Notes: generated from the sequence alone by a model not told the origin. Positions 33,326 to 44,187 are shown, counted from the stretch's first letter. The stretch is DNA of 64,000 nucleotides from an uncultured Alphaproteobacteria bacterium (GCA_963791765.1 CAWBTL010000005.1:302235-366234); one strand, 5' to 3'. Program-made: numbers and translations.

Positions 33326-34087
33326 CGTGTCCCCGCCGAAACGCGAATGACCTCGCCGGTGATCGCATCGGACAAAGGTTCGAGCAAGAAGGCTATCATC
33401 TCCGCCTCGTCGATCACCGTCGCGAACTTGCCCAGCGCAGTCGCGGCGAGGTGGCGTTCGACATAGGCGCCGCCGAAGGTTTCGGTCACCTTGTCGCTGA
33501 ACACCAGCCCGGGGGCGACGGCATTGACCCGGATGCCGCTCTTGCCAAGCAGCAGGCTCAGCGTCTGCGTCAGCGCGACCACTGCCGCCTTGGCGGGGTT
33601 ATAGGCGGCATCGCCGAGGTCATGCCGGTTGGCGAAAGCCGCGAGCGAGGCCAAGTTGACGATCTTGCCATAGCCCTTCTTCACGAAATGTGGCTCGCTG
33701 TGCTTGGCCATCAGGAAGGCGGTATCGACGTTGACCTGAAAGGTCCGGCGGAAATAGCCGATCTCGATCTGGGCCAGCGGGCGGTCCATTGAACTCGGCA
33801 ACGATGTCGATCATCCCGCCCGCGATATTGGCGACACCCTGAAGATCGCCGAAGGTTGCAAGGGCGCAATCGACTGCCGCTTTGGCCTCTTCATCGACCG
33901 AAATATCGGCACGGTAGGTCGCCAGCCTGCCGGGGAGGTCGGCGCAGCCCGCCGCGAATGTGTCGAGCCGCCGCTGGCTGATGTCCACGCCGAGCACATT
34001 GCTGCCGACGCCGAGCAGGCGCTTGGCGGTCGCCCCGCCAATGCCGCCGGCAGCGCCGGTGACGATATAGGTCCGCACTTCAGACAT
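33322..34087 (-). CDS. SDR oxidoreductase with apparent frameshift near 33790
   Basis: TGAAGGIG in one frame; YNPAK and IRVNAVAPG in another. Confidence 0.85.
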
Positions 34088-34880
34088 AGGACACCGGATT
34101 AAAATTGGGCGGGCGCTTCTCCTTGAGTGCGTCGAGCCCTTCGCGCGCTTCGGGGCCGGTGAAGCCCAGGATCCCGAAGGCCAGCGATGCCTCAAACGCG
34201 GGCCACGATGCCTTCATCCAGTTGTTGAGCGACAGCTTGGTCCAGCGCACGGCAGCGGGCGGGCCCTTGGCGAGGCGTGTCGCGATCTCCAGCGCGCGCG
34301 GCACGCATTCCTCGTCGGGCACGCAGAAACTGACCAGTCCGATCCGCTCCGCCTCGGGGCCCGGGATCGGTTCGCTGGTCATCAGATAATACTTGGCCTT
34401 GGCCATGCTGGTGAGCAGCGGCCAGATCGCCACCGCATGATCGTCCGCTGCGACACCCAGCGCGGTATGCCCATCGACCAGCTTGGCCGATTGTGCCGCG
34501 ACCGAAACATCCGCGAGCAAGGCGACGGCAAGGCCACCCCCGGCCGCTGCGCCGTTGATCGCGGAGACGATCGGCTTGGAGCAGTTGATCATGGCATCGA
34601 CCATCCGCCGCCCGTCCTTCCACATCTTCATGCGGAAATCGTTGCTGGCGATGATCTCCTCGATCATGTCAAACTCGCCGCCCGCGGAAAAGGCGCGGCC
34701 CTCGCCGGTGACCAGCACGGCATTGACGTCGGGGTCCTGATCGATCAGCGACCAGATACCCGCCAGATCGTGGTGCAGGTTGTAATCCATCGCATTCATC
34801 TTGCCCCGGCAGATGGTGATCCGCAGCACGCGTTCAGCCGGCCAATCGAGCTTGAGACTGGCATATTCCGGATAGGTCAT
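34080..34880 (-). CDS. Enoyl-CoA hydratase/isomerase family protein
   Basis: GRAFSAGG, AINGAAAGGG and AERIGLV motifs. Confidence 0.92.
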   Translation of the reverse strand: MTYPEYASLKLDWPAERVLRITICRGKMNAMDYNLHHDLAGIWSLIDQDPDVNAVLVTGEGRAFSAGGEFDMIEEIIASNDFRMKMWKDGRRMVDAMINCSKPIVSAINGAAAGGGLAVALLADVSVAAQSAKLVDGHTALGVAADDHAVAIWPLLTSMAKAKYYLMTSEPIPGPEAERIGLVSFCVPDEECVPRALEIATRLAKGPPAAVRWTKLSLNNWMKASWPAFEASLAFGILGFTGPEAREGLDALKEKRPPNFNPVSYV

Positions 34881-35050
34881 GGGCTGGCCCTGGCTGGATG
34901 AAATGTGCGAGCAATCACTCGCATAACCGATCCTATCGCTTGACCGGAGTTCAAGTCAAGCAGCTTGACAGGCAGATGCCAGCATATACAAATGCGAGGG
35001 TTAGCTCGCTTATTTCAGCGGCGGGTGATCCTTGGCAGTGGTGGGAAAGC

Positions 35051-36673
35051 ATGTCGGCAGAGCATTACGACGCGGTGATCATCGGGGCCGGTTTCGGCGG
35101 CCTGCGGGCGCTTTACGAGCTCCGCGAAATGGGGCTTTCGGTGCGGGGGATCGAAGCCGCATCCGACATCGGCGGCACCTGGTACTGGAACCGCTACCCC
35201 GGCGCGCGGACTGACAGCGAGGCCTGGGTCTATTGCTATGCCTTCTCCAAGGAAGTGCTCGAAGAGTACGACTGGCCCGAGCGCATGCCCAATTGGGAGC
35301 ATGTGCTCGATTACCTCGATTTCGTCGCGAAGAAGTTCGATCTCAGGAAAGACTTCCAGTTCGACACCCGCGTCAGGTCTGCGGTCTATGACCAGGAGGC
35401 CAATCGCTGGACCATCACCAGCGAGGCCGGTGAGGCTTTCACCTGCATCTATTTCGTCGCTGCCAGCGGCCTGCTGTCGGTTCCGGTCGATCCGCCATAC
35501 CCCGGCAAGGAGCGGTTTCAGGGCGAAACCTACATGTCGATGCGCTGGCCGCACACGCCTGTCGACTTTGCCGGCAAGCGGGTCGGCATAGTCGGCAGCG
35601 GATCGACCGCTGTGCAGATGCTGCCGATCATCGCCCAGACCGCGGCGCAGGTCACCATGTTCCAGCGCACGCCGAACTATGTGATGCCGGGGCGCAATTA
35701 TCCGCTCGACGATGCCACCCGGGCGGGGATCAAGGGCGATTACGACGCGATCTGGCAGCAGGTGCGCAACCACGTGTTTGCCTTCCCGATGGATTACACC
35801 GGTCGCGATTTCGATGGGATGACGCCCGCACAGATCCACGCGGCGTTTGATGGCGCCTGGGAGGATGGCGGCTTTCGCTACATCTTCCGCGCCTTCGACG
35901 ATCTGCTGGTCAACCCGCGCTCCAATGCCGCTGCGGCGGAGTTTTTCCGGGGCAAGGTGCGCGCGATCGTCAAGGACCCGGAAGTGGCGGAACTGCTATG
36001 CCCCGACTATCCGATCGCGCTCAAGCGGCCGCCGCTCGGCAATTTCTATTATGAGGCGTTCAATCGCCCCAATGTGAAGCTGGTCGATGTCCGCACCAAC
36101 CCGGTGCAGGAAATCACCGAAACCGGCCTGCGCACCGGCAACACCGAATACGAATTCGACATCCTGATTTTCGCCATGGGCTTCGATGCGATGACCGGGT
36201 CGCTCACCCACATGGACGTGCGCGGGCTGGACAATGTTTCCATCGCCGAGAAATGGGCGCCGGGCGCGCGCACCAATTTCGGGCTGACGATTGACGGGTT
36301 TCCGAACTTCTTCATGGTCTCGGGGCCGCAAACCCCCTTCGCCAATGTTCCGCCGCTGGTGGAAAGCGCGTCGCAGTGGATCGGCAAGGCGATTGCCCAT
36401 GCCAGGGCCTCGGGCAGCGATTATTTCGAGGCGACGCCGGATGCGGTGCAAGCCTGGGTCGACAAGATCCAGATGCTGCTGGACGCGACTTTGCTGGGCG
36501 GGGCAACCGAACTGCATTCATGGTTCATGGGCGCGAACATCCCCGGCAAGGCACATGCGCCGCTGTTTTACTTCGGCGGGGCAACCGCCTATTTCGACGA
36601 ATTGCAGCATTCCATGGACTCCGGCTTTCCCGGATTCACCACCAAGCCCGCGCGGGCGAGGGAACTGGCGTAA
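35051..36673 (+). CDS. Baeyer-Villiger monooxygenase (type I)
   Basis: GAGFGG, GGTWYWNRYPGARTD, GSGSTAVQ and FQRTPNY motifs; fingerprint reads FQGETYMSMRWP. Confidence 0.93.
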   Translation: MSAEHYDAVIIGAGFGGLRALYELREMGLSVRGIEAASDIGGTWYWNRYPGARTDSEAWVYCYAFSKEVLEEYDWPERMPNWEHVLDYLDFVAKKFDLRKDFQFDTRVRSAVYDQEANRWTITSEAGEAFTCIYFVAASGLLSVPVDPPYPGKERFQGETYMSMRWPHTPVDFAGKRVGIVGSGSTAVQMLPIIAQTAAQVTMFQRTPNYVMPGRNYPLDDATRAGIKGDYDAIWQQVRNHVFAFPMDYTGRDFDGMTPAQIHAAFDGAWEDGGFRYIFRAFDDLLVNPRSNAAAAEFFRGKVRAIVKDPEVAELLCPDYPIALKRPPLGNFYYEAFNRPNVKLVDVRTNPVQEITETGLRTGNTEYEFDILIFAMGFDAMTGSLTHMDVRGLDNVSIAEKWAPGARTNFGLTIDGFPNFFMVSGPQTPFANVPPLVESASQWIGKAIAHARASGSDYFEATPDAVQAWVDKIQMLLDATLLGGATELHSWFMGANIPGKAHAPLFYFGGATAYFDELQHSMDSGFPGFTTKPARARELA

Positions 36674-36712
36674 ATCTGCAAAACCCAAATCAATCTCGAG
36701 AGGATCCGGAAC

Positions 36713-37459
36713 ATGGGCAAGCTTTCAGGCAAAGTCGCAATCATCACAGGCGCATCTCAGGGCATGGGCGAGGCGCATGCCAAGGCTTTCGTCGCAGCCG
36801 GTGCCAGGGTGATCCTGACCGACGTCAACGACAAGGATGGTCAGGCGCTGGCAGACAGCCTTGGCGAGAATGCGATGTTCATCAAGCACGATGTCCGCTT
36901 CGCCGATCAGTGGCACGACGTGGTCGCCAAGGGTGAGGCGCGCTTCGGCAAGGTGACGGTGCTGGTCAACAACGCCGGGATCATCGGCACTCTGTCTGAC
37001 ACCATCAACATGAAGCAGGAAGAGTATCAGCTGGTTTGCGACATCAACCAGCTTGGCGTGTTCCTGGGCATGCAGGCGGTGCTTCCCTCGATGATTGCGG
37101 CGGGCGGCGGAGCTATCGTCAACATATCATCGATTGCCGGGATGCTGGCCTGTGCCGGTGCGCCGAACCTGGCCTATGTCGGCAGCAAGTTCGCGGTGCG
37201 CGGCATGACCAAGCAGGTTGCAAACGAGTATGGCCCGCAGAACATCCGCTGCAATTCGGTCCACCCCGGCTACATCCTCACCCCGATGATGGTCGCGGCA
37301 ACCGACGAAAACGGTGGCGGGGCAGGCGACCTGACCCCGCTCAGGCGCATGGCCAAGCCGGACGAAGTCTCGCAACTGGTGATGTTCCTGGCCTCCGAGG
37401 AATCCTCGTTCATTACGGGCATGGAACATGTGATCGACGGCGGGATGACGGCTTGTTGA
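36713..37459 (+). CDS. SDR oxidoreductase (3alpha,20beta-HSD-like)
   Basis: TGASQGMG, NNAGI, YVGSKFAVRGMTK and NSVHPG motifs. Confidence 0.92.
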   Translation: MGKLSGKVAIITGASQGMGEAHAKAFVAAGARVILTDVNDKDGQALADSLGENAMFIKHDVRFADQWHDVVAKGEARFGKVTVLVNNAGIIGTLSDTINMKQEEYQLVCDINQLGVFLGMQAVLPSMIAAGGGAIVNISSIAGMLACAGAPNLAYVGSKFAVRGMTKQVANEYGPQNIRCNSVHPGYILTPMMVAATDENGGGAGDLTPLRRMAKPDEVSQLVMFLASEESSFITGMEHVIDGGMTAC

Positions 37460-38104
37460 TCAACGGCACCCCGGCGCGAAAGTGACCGGGGGATCGCCCG
37501 GCGACCAGGGTGCAACCCGCGTCATGATCGCATCGAAAAGGGCAGATGCGAGGTGGCCGGCCAGCCAGGCCCTGAGATGGGGTAGCGTCTGCGCGTCGAA
37601 CCAATCCCGGTCCACCGCCGCGAACTGCCGCACAAAGGGCATGATCGCGGCGTCGGTCAACCCGCGCGCAGCTCCGCAAAGCTGGTCTGCACCGGCCAGC
37701 CGTCCATCGATCTGGCGCAGGAACGCCAGACCCCGCTCGCGATGGACGAGGGCGCAGGCGCCGTGGCGTTGGGGATATTTGTAGCGGTCAAGATCGTACT
37801 TGAAAGGGCCGTCGTTCGCAGCAATCAGCGCCGCGTCATCGCGTCCAAGCCAGCCTTCGGGATCCCACTCCGACAGAGCCCACCGCATGATGTCGAGGCT
37901 TTCGTCGATCACTTTGCCGTCTGGCAGGACCAGCACGGGAACAGTTCCCTTGGGCGAGGCGGCAAGCATTGCCAGGGGCTTGGCCGAGAGCCTGACCTCG
38001 CGCAGCTCGCACTGCGTCCCGCTGACGGCCAGCGCCAGCCGCGCCCGCATCGCGTAGGGGCAGCGGCGGAAGCTGTAGAGGACCGGATCAGTCGGAGCAG
38101 TCAT
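37460..38104 (-). CDS. Glutathione S-transferase family protein
   Basis: [23 protein letters not shown] and DESLDIM motifs. Confidence 0.9.
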   Translation of the reverse strand: MTAPTDPVLYSFRRCPYAMRARLALAVSGTQCELREVRLSAKPLAMLAASPKGTVPVLVLPDGKVIDESLDIMRWALSEWDPEGWLGRDDAALIAANDGPFKYDLDRYKYPQRHGACALVHRERGLAFLRQIDGRLAGADQLCGAARGLTDAAIMPFVRQFAAVDRDWFDAQTLPHLRAWLAGHLASALFDAIMTRVAPWSPGDPPVTFAPGCR

Positions 38105-39095
38105 CTGCCCGATCGATCCGGACCGCACCGATATGCGCGCGGCCTTGTGCAGCGGCGAGCATCTCCTGCCGCTGGCGTTCGCGATAGGAGCCGCGCTGCT
38201 CTTCGGTCCGCTCGGAATGGCACGCGGCACAGCTTACCCCGGCTTCGTATTGCGGCAAGAGGCAGTCATCGCCGCTGACCGGGCGGCGGCATGCATGGCA
38301 AAGCATATGCGAGCCTTCGGCAAGGCCGTGACCAACTGTCACCCGCTGGTCGAACACGAAGCACTCCCCCCGCCAGAGACTGTGTGCCTCAGGCACCGTA
38401 TCCAGATACTTCAGGATGCCGCCCTTGAGGTGGTAGACAGTCTCGACCCCCTCTTGCTTGAGAAAGGCAGTCGACTTCTCGCAGCGGATGCCGCCGGTGC
38501 AGAACATCGCGACCTTTGGCGGTTTGCTTTGCTTGCCGGAACCGGCGCCCAGCAAATTCTCGCGCTCGCGGCGAAACCATTCGGGGAAATCGCGAAAGCT
38601 GGCCGTTTTCGGGTTGATCGCGCCCTCGAAGCTGCCCACCGCCACCTCGTAATCGTTGCGGGTGTCGATCACGATTGTGTCGGGATCGGAGATCAGCGCG
38701 TTCCACTCATCCGGCAAAACGTATGTTCCGGCACTCCCCCGTGGATCAATGCCGGGCTCACCCATGGTGACGATTTCGCGCTTGAGCCGCACCTTCATGC
38801 GATGGAACGGCATGGCGGATGCGCTTGTCAGTTTGACGTCGATCTCGGCGCAGTCCGGCAGGGTGCGAATAAAGGTCAGGACATGTGCGATCCCATCGCG
38901 GGGTCCGGCAATGGTGCCGTTGATACCCTCTGCGGCCAGCAGCAGCGTGCCGCGAATGCCTTGCTCGCGGCACAGGCGCTCCAGCGGTGCGCGCAGGCTC
39001 GCGCAATCCTCGAAGTGCGCGAAGCGGTAGAGGGTAGCGACCTGGAGCGGCTCGGGGGATTCGCGGTGCGGCGGTTGCATGGCAGGACCCTTCAT
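38088..39095 (-). CDS. trhO: Rhodanese-domain tRNA U34 hydroxylase (TrhO/YceA)
   Basis: [36 protein letters not shown] and GECFVFD.R motifs; start overlaps the Rieske stop (TGATG). Confidence 0.85.
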   Translation of the reverse strand: MKGPAMQPPHRESPEPLQVATLYRFAHFEDCASLRAPLERLCREQGIRGTLLLAAEGINGTIAGPRDGIAHVLTFIRTLPDCAEIDVKLTSASAMPFHRMKVRLKREIVTMGEPGIDPRGSAGTYVLPDEWNALISDPDTIVIDTRNDYEVAVGSFEGAINPKTASFRDFPEWFRRERENLLGAGSGKQSKPPKVAMFCTGGIRCEKSTAFLKQEGVETVYHLKGGILKYLDTVPEAHSLWRGECFVFDQRVTVGHGLAEGSHMLCHACRRPVSGDDCLLPQYEAGVSCAACHSERTEEQRGSYRERQRQEMLAAAQGRAHIGAVRIDRADDCSD

Positions 39096-40186
39096 CAGCC
39101 CAGCCGCTTTGCAATCTCCCGGTGGAAGGCGGTCAGCCGGCCCTCCGCCGTGTTGAACATGTAGCGCTTCTGTCCCAGCGAATGCGCGACCTTGCCCCAG
39201 CCGTTGATCACGGCTGCGTCCTCGGTGGAAACATCGACGAAGTTCTGCCAGTCGCGTTCGTTCTGGCTCTGCCACTTCTCCTCGGTCAGCCCCTCGGGGC
39301 AGGGGCCGACCATGCCCCATGCGGTGAGGCGGGTTTCGCATGCGGAGACCGGCCAGATGTTCCAGGTCTGCAAATGCGACGGGAAGCAGCTGAAGAAGGT
39401 GCCCGGAAACGCCAGGTAATGCGTGATGTGCGAGGCGCGGTGGTCGGCCCCTGCGCCGGCGCGGTCGGTCAGGCCCTTGACCGGGATCGACATCCAGCTG
39501 TGCGGGTCGCAAATCCGCAGGTGCGCCTTGCCCCACTGGACGATCTCGGACAGCGTCGGCCCGTGGGTATAGGGCACGTGCCAGGTCTCGTTGAAAGCAT
39601 CGACCACGGTCTTCCAGTTGGCATTGAGAGTCAGTTCGAAGCGGAAGCGGGTGTCGAATTTCTCCATGCCGAACCAGTCGAGTTCGGTGGCTATATCGCC
39701 CAGGTATGAGCGCAGATCGGGCACATCGTCTGACAGGCAGATCCAGACAAAGCCAGCATATTCGGCTACGCGGACGGGCGGCGCGCGCAGGCCGTCGAGC
39801 AGTTCCTGATCGAACGCGGCCTTCATCGGGGTGAAACGGACCTTGCCGGTCAGATCGTACTGGAAACCGTGCCAGGGGCAGGTGAAGCGCGCTTTCTCGC
39901 AGTGGCCAGATGCGGCGACAATCCTTGTGCCGCGATGCTGGCAGACATTGTGCCACGCCAGAATTTCGCCCGCGTCGCCGCGAACCACCACCACCGACTG
40001 GCCCAGCTGTTCGAACACCACAAAGTCGCGCGGGCTGGCCACATCCGCCGAGGGGCAGGCCGGAAACCAGGTCTTGTAGAAAACCGCCTCCACCTCGCGC
40101 CGGAACCGCGCCGGGTCGGTATAGGTCCGCGCGTCAACCACGCTGGGCGGCAGCGGATATTGCTCGATCGGTTCAGAGCTTGTCAT
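39095..40186 (-). CDS. Rieske non-heme iron oxygenase alpha subunit
   Basis: CQH...CPWH Rieske motif; NWK..VD.F.E.WH.PYTH iron-binding region; distal ED. Confidence 0.93.
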   Translation of the reverse strand: MTSSEPIEQYPLPPSVVDARTYTDPARFRREVEAVFYKTWFPACPSADVASPRDFVVFEQLGQSVVVVRGDAGEILAWHNVCQHRGTRIVAASGHCEKARFTCPWHGFQYDLTGKVRFTPMKAAFDQELLDGLRAPPVRVAEYAGFVWICLSDDVPDLRSYLGDIATELDWFGMEKFDTRFRFELTLNANWKTVVDAFNETWHVPYTHGPTLSEIVQWGKAHLRICDPHSWMSIPVKGLTDRAGAGADHRASHITHYLAFPGTFFSCFPSHLQTWNIWPVSACETRLTAWGMVGPCPEGLTEEKWQSQNERDWQNFVDVSTEDAAVINGWGKVAHSLGQKRYMFNTAEGRLTAFHREIAKRLG

Positions 40187-40285
40187 CGCTTCCTGCTTGC
40201 ATCAAAACCTGCGGGCATGTCACGCATTCACTTCATGTCGCGCGTGAATCAGCTAGCAAGGATGTTCAGCCATGGGTGAGCCAGA

Positions 40286-41081
40286 ATGAGTGCGGGACCG
40301 GCCCCGCGCCTCGAACAGTACCGCGAGCGCTACGAGAACATCGCGCTCAGCCGCGATGCCGACGGCGATACTTCTGATGCGGTTCCACACCCAAGGCGGC
40401 CCGCTGGTGTGGAGCGCGCTGGCGCATGAGGAGCTGGGCTATTGCTTCACCGATGTCGGGGCAGACCGGGACAACAAGGTGGTCGTCATGACCGGCACCG
40501 GGGCGAGCTGGTGCGAGCAAATTGACGCCGGCAGCTTCAAGCTGAGCACCGCCGGTGACTGGGACCTGACCTTCTACGACGGCCGCCGCCTGCTCGGCAA
40601 TCTGCTCGATATCGAAGTGCCGGTGATCAGCGCGATCAACGGCCCGGCGCGCATTCACCCGGAAATCCCGGTGATGTCGGACATCGTCATCGCCAGCGAC
40701 ACCGCTCTGTTTCAGGACGCGCCGCACTTCATGTCGGGGATCGTCCCGGGCGACGGTGCGCATGTCGTCTGGCCGCATCTGCTGGGGGCGAACCGCGGAC
40801 GCTATTTCCTGCTCATGGGGCAGGAACTCGGCGCGGCGCAGGCGCTGGAATGGGGCGCGGTGAGCGAGGTTGTCCCGGCGGACCGGGTAATGGCGCGCGC
40901 GTTGGAAATCGCCGCGATGATCGCCGCCAAGCCGATGCTGACCCGGCGCTACACCCGCGTCGCGCTGACCCAGCGCTACAAGCGCCTGATGCACGAGGGC
41001 CTGAGCCTTGGCCTTGGCCTCGAGGCTCTGGCTGCGACCGATGCTCTGCCCACCGAGGGCCGGATGAAGGACGCGCAGTAG
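40286..41081 (+). CDS. 6-oxocamphor-hydrolase-like crotonase (beta-diketone retro-Claisenase), apparent +1 frameshift near 40367
   Basis: [46 protein letters not shown] and NRGRYFLL closely match my recollection of Rhodococcus OCH/CamK; removing one G at 40367 joins the N-terminus. Confidence 0.85.
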
Positions 41082-41093
41082 GTGCAGGTTACT

Positions 41094-41272
41094 TAGATCA
41101 ACTTGCATTTAATCTGAATCAAGCTTCAAATTTCCGCTCATCCTGAGCTTGTCGAAGGACCCTCGTGCTCCGTTGAGTTCACCGTAACAACCCTGTGGTT
41201 GACTTCGGTCGCCTTCGGCTCGACAAGCTCAGCATGAGCGGGTCTGGTGCAGATTAAGCGCAACCCGCTCTA
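41094..41272 (-). repeat. MITE-like element, copy 3 (with an internal hairpin insertion near 41207-41222)
   Basis: Both termini intact (TAGATCAACTTGCATTTAATCTG ... CAGATTAAGCGCAACCCGCTCTA). Confidence 0.88.
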
Positions 41273-41301
41273 ATCCCTCCTCCTTGAGGGGGACTATGCC
41301 G

Positions 41302-42071
41302 CTAAAAATCCATGGAAAGGCTGGCAACCAGCGTGTCGTCGGTAAAGTCTTCCACTCGCGGTCCGCCAATGCCGAAATACTCCAGCCCCAGGCGAATGGC
41401 GGGGACAGGCCGGAAACCCACGCCAGCCGACCAGTCGACCGTGGTCCGCTTCGCGGCGATCGAATAGGCACCCTTGGTATAGCCCGCGTGTAGCTTGGCG
41501 TCGAACGAGGTGCCCGGCACACGCCACACCAGATCGCCGAACAGGTAGATGTTGTCCCTGTTTCCGAACGCCGCCTGCTCCCACGCATACCAGACGCCAA
41601 CCTTCGGGGTGAAGGCGCCGAATTGGCCGGTCAGCTGCACCGCCGTTTCAAACGAATTGGTGTGGGGAACAGCCGGATTGCCATCGGGGTAATAGTAATA
41701 ATACAGGCTCACTTCGGCCGTGATGCCGGGCGCAATCGGTTTTGCCAGACCGGCAAACACATCGACCTCCAGCGCACCATAGGCGGGATGGTTGCCGAGC
41801 GTGCTGACAAAGAGGCCGCCAAACAGCCCGCTTTCGTGCGCCGCAACCAGCGATGCCTGCGCCACCGGCTTCCCTTCCGAATAGGAGGTGCCGCGAAAGC
41901 GATAGTCGCTCGTCAGCACAGCATTCGCCGAGAAATGAATTGCGGCGGGCGGATGTCCGTCTGTGCGACGACAGAACTGTCCTGCGCCTCGGACGAACTT
42001 GCCCGTACCACGCCTGGCATCATGCCCGCCATCACGGCGACGACACAAAAACCAGCCCTCATCGAGCCCAT
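41302..42071 (-). CDS. TorF/TIGR02001-type outer-membrane protein with apparent frameshift near 41950-41990
   Basis: SDYRFRG.S.S..KP..Q, EVD.FAG and terminal Phe; signal peptide MGSMRAGFCVVAVMAGMM lies in a different frame. Confidence 0.8.
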
Positions 42072-42140
42072 GCTCCCCCCGTTCTTATTGTTTGCGCGGC
42101 TCAAACCTCGAGCTGCGGCTGACCCTCATCAGGCCGAACC

Positions 42141-42434
42141 TCACAGTATCTCGAAATGTTCCATGTTCGGCGCACCGGCGAAGAACGGTCCGACCAGCGC
42201 CTTGAAGCGGTCGAACTCCGGCGTCTGGGTGAAGGCAACGTGCAATTCGACGCTGTCCCATTCGAGCAGAAGGACGAATTTCCCGGGGTTCTCGACGCCG
42301 CGCCCAACTCGTGCGGATGAGCAGCCCGCAGCGCCTGCGAGGATGGCGGTGCCGGCGCTGGCCATGGCCTGGGCGAAGTCTGCTTCCTTGCCCGGGGCGA
42401 CGGGGATTTCTGCGCGTTCGACGAACATGTTCAT
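42141..42434 (-). CDS. Antibiotic biosynthesis monooxygenase (ABM) family protein
   Basis: PGKEADF...RGVENPGKFVLLLEWDSVE.H pattern; AGGAG RBS. Confidence 0.85.
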   Translation of the reverse strand: MNMFVERAEIPVAPGKEADFAQAMASAGTAILAGAAGCSSARVGRGVENPGKFVLLLEWDSVELHVAFTQTPEFDRFKALVGPFFAGAPNMEHFEIL

Positions 42435-44094
42435 TCTCCTCGGGTTAACTTGAGACGCTCGACCGCGAGTGCGGCGAGCTTGAATTTCTGGGGCCGTCCG
42501 GTGACGGTCAGCGGGATCTCGTCCGCCTGCATAAACAGCACATGGCGCGGGACTTTGAAGCGCGCAAGCCGCTCCGCACAGACCGCGCGAAGTGCTTCCG
42601 GATCGGGACGCTCGCCGCGCCGCGCAACGATGCACAGGCAGCCGGTTTCGCCCGCCCGCGCGTCGGGCACGCCGACCACCAGCGCCTGCTCGATCTGCGG
42701 ATGATCGTCGAACAGCATCTCGATCTCGCGCGGCATCACCATTTCGCCGTTGCAGCGATAGGTCTCCTTGATGCGGCCGGTCAGAGTTACATATTCGTCC
42801 GCGCTGACCCGGCCGACATCGCCGGTGCGAAGCCAGCCATCGGGGGTGAAAGCCGCAGCGGTCTCTTCGGGCTTCTTGTAATAGCCGCGGGTGACGATGG
42901 GGCCTTTCACTACCAGTTCGCCTTCGGCATCGGGCGGCAAGTCGGCGAGCGTTTCCGGGTCGATCGTCTTGTAGATCGCCACGCGCCCGCCGATCGCGGG
43001 ATCGCCCGCAACGCTGGGCGGTTTGAAGCGGCCATGCGTTGTCAGCAGCATGGTATCGTCATCCTCGGGCACGCTCGATGTGGCGGAGGCCGAGGTTTCG
43101 GTCATGCCATAGCCCATCCGCATTTCGCGGGGGCGCAGCACTTCGCGGATCGCTTCCCAGATGCCGGGCGGGTTGGCCCCGCCGCTGTTGAACATCACCC
43201 GCAGATGCGCCGAATCGAAGCCGCGTGTTCGCGCGAGTTCGATCAGCTTGACGGTGGTGATCGGCACCGCGACCAGTTCGGTGGTGCGGTGACGCTCGGC
43301 CGCGTCGAGCATGTCCGCCGCGTCGAACACCAGATGCGGAATGATCGCGCCGCCTGCGAACAGCACCGCCAGCAGGCACTCGGCATAGCCGAACACATGA
43401 TACATCGGCATCGCAAACTGCATCCGCCGCCCGTCCTCGAAGGCGCCTGCGATAACCGAGGAAAAGGCTGCGCGAAGAACCATGTCATGGGTCAGCATCA
43501 CGCCTTTGGAGCGCCCGGTGGTGCCCGAGGTGTAAAGGATGTCGCTGAGCGCAGTGCCATCCGCCGCAGCCTCGCGCCGGGCCAGTTCGGCGTCGCTCTC
43601 GGAGGTGGCGCTGGCGATCAGCGCGTCGATGCCGGGTAGCGTGAAGATATGCCGCAATGCCGGGGAGATCAGGCCTGATCCGCGCAAGGTCGGCGAGATA
43701 GTCATGCCCGCGAAACTCTTCCATCGTGATCAGCATCGCCGAATCCGACTGGTCGAGCACATAGGCTAGCTCCTGCCCGCGCAGCATGAAATTGACCGGA
43801 ATGCATACCGCCCCGGCGCGGGCGATGGCGAATTTGATCGCGGTGAACTCGGGATGGTTGGCCATATCGAGCGCGACATGCTCGCCCGCTTTCAGGCCGT
43901 GCGCGATCAGCCCCGATGCGATCCGGCGCGACCATGCCTGCACCTCGGCATAGCTCCACTCGCGCGCGTCGGTGATGATCAGCGGGCGGTCGGGCCATTG
44001 CCTCCACCGCGCGGTCCAGCCGGCCGGAAATGGTCAGCACCTCCCAGGCCGGGTAACGCGCTTCCAGCAAGGCGCGGCGCTGTTGCGGGGTCAT
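42431..44094 (-). CDS. Acyl-CoA synthetase with two apparent frameshifts (near 44000 and near 43680)
   Basis: YTSGTTGRSKG, YGMTE, RTGDVG and TGRPQK motifs; N-terminal segments are spread over ORFs 43702-44706 and 43485-43943. Confidence 0.87.
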
Positions 44095-44141
44095 CCAGTC
44101 CACTCGATTCTGCCCGATTGACGGCATGGTGCAATCGTCAT

Positions 44142-44155
44142 AACAAACATTTGTT
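44142..44155. promoter_or_regulatory. Palindromic operator AACAAACATTTGTT in a divergent promoter region
   Basis: Near-perfect 14-bp palindrome overlapping a TTGACG(44118)-N17-TAACAA promoter; second copy at 45994. Confidence 0.7.
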
Positions 44156-44187
44156 TCTTGGCAAATGCAGGTTGACGGAGCTGCGCC

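Noticed and set aside
34940-34969. TTGACCGGAGTTCAA and GTCAAGCAGCTTGAC palindromes between ECH and BVMO
   Set aside because: Can be explained as back-to-back -35 elements of divergent promoters; no second copy was found.
24579-40258. TCAGCTAGCA word at 24579 and 40249, with similar words near 20222, 27174 and 35000, as a MarR operator
   Set aside because: Short and inconsistent in spacing and symmetry; could be -10-like elements or chance.
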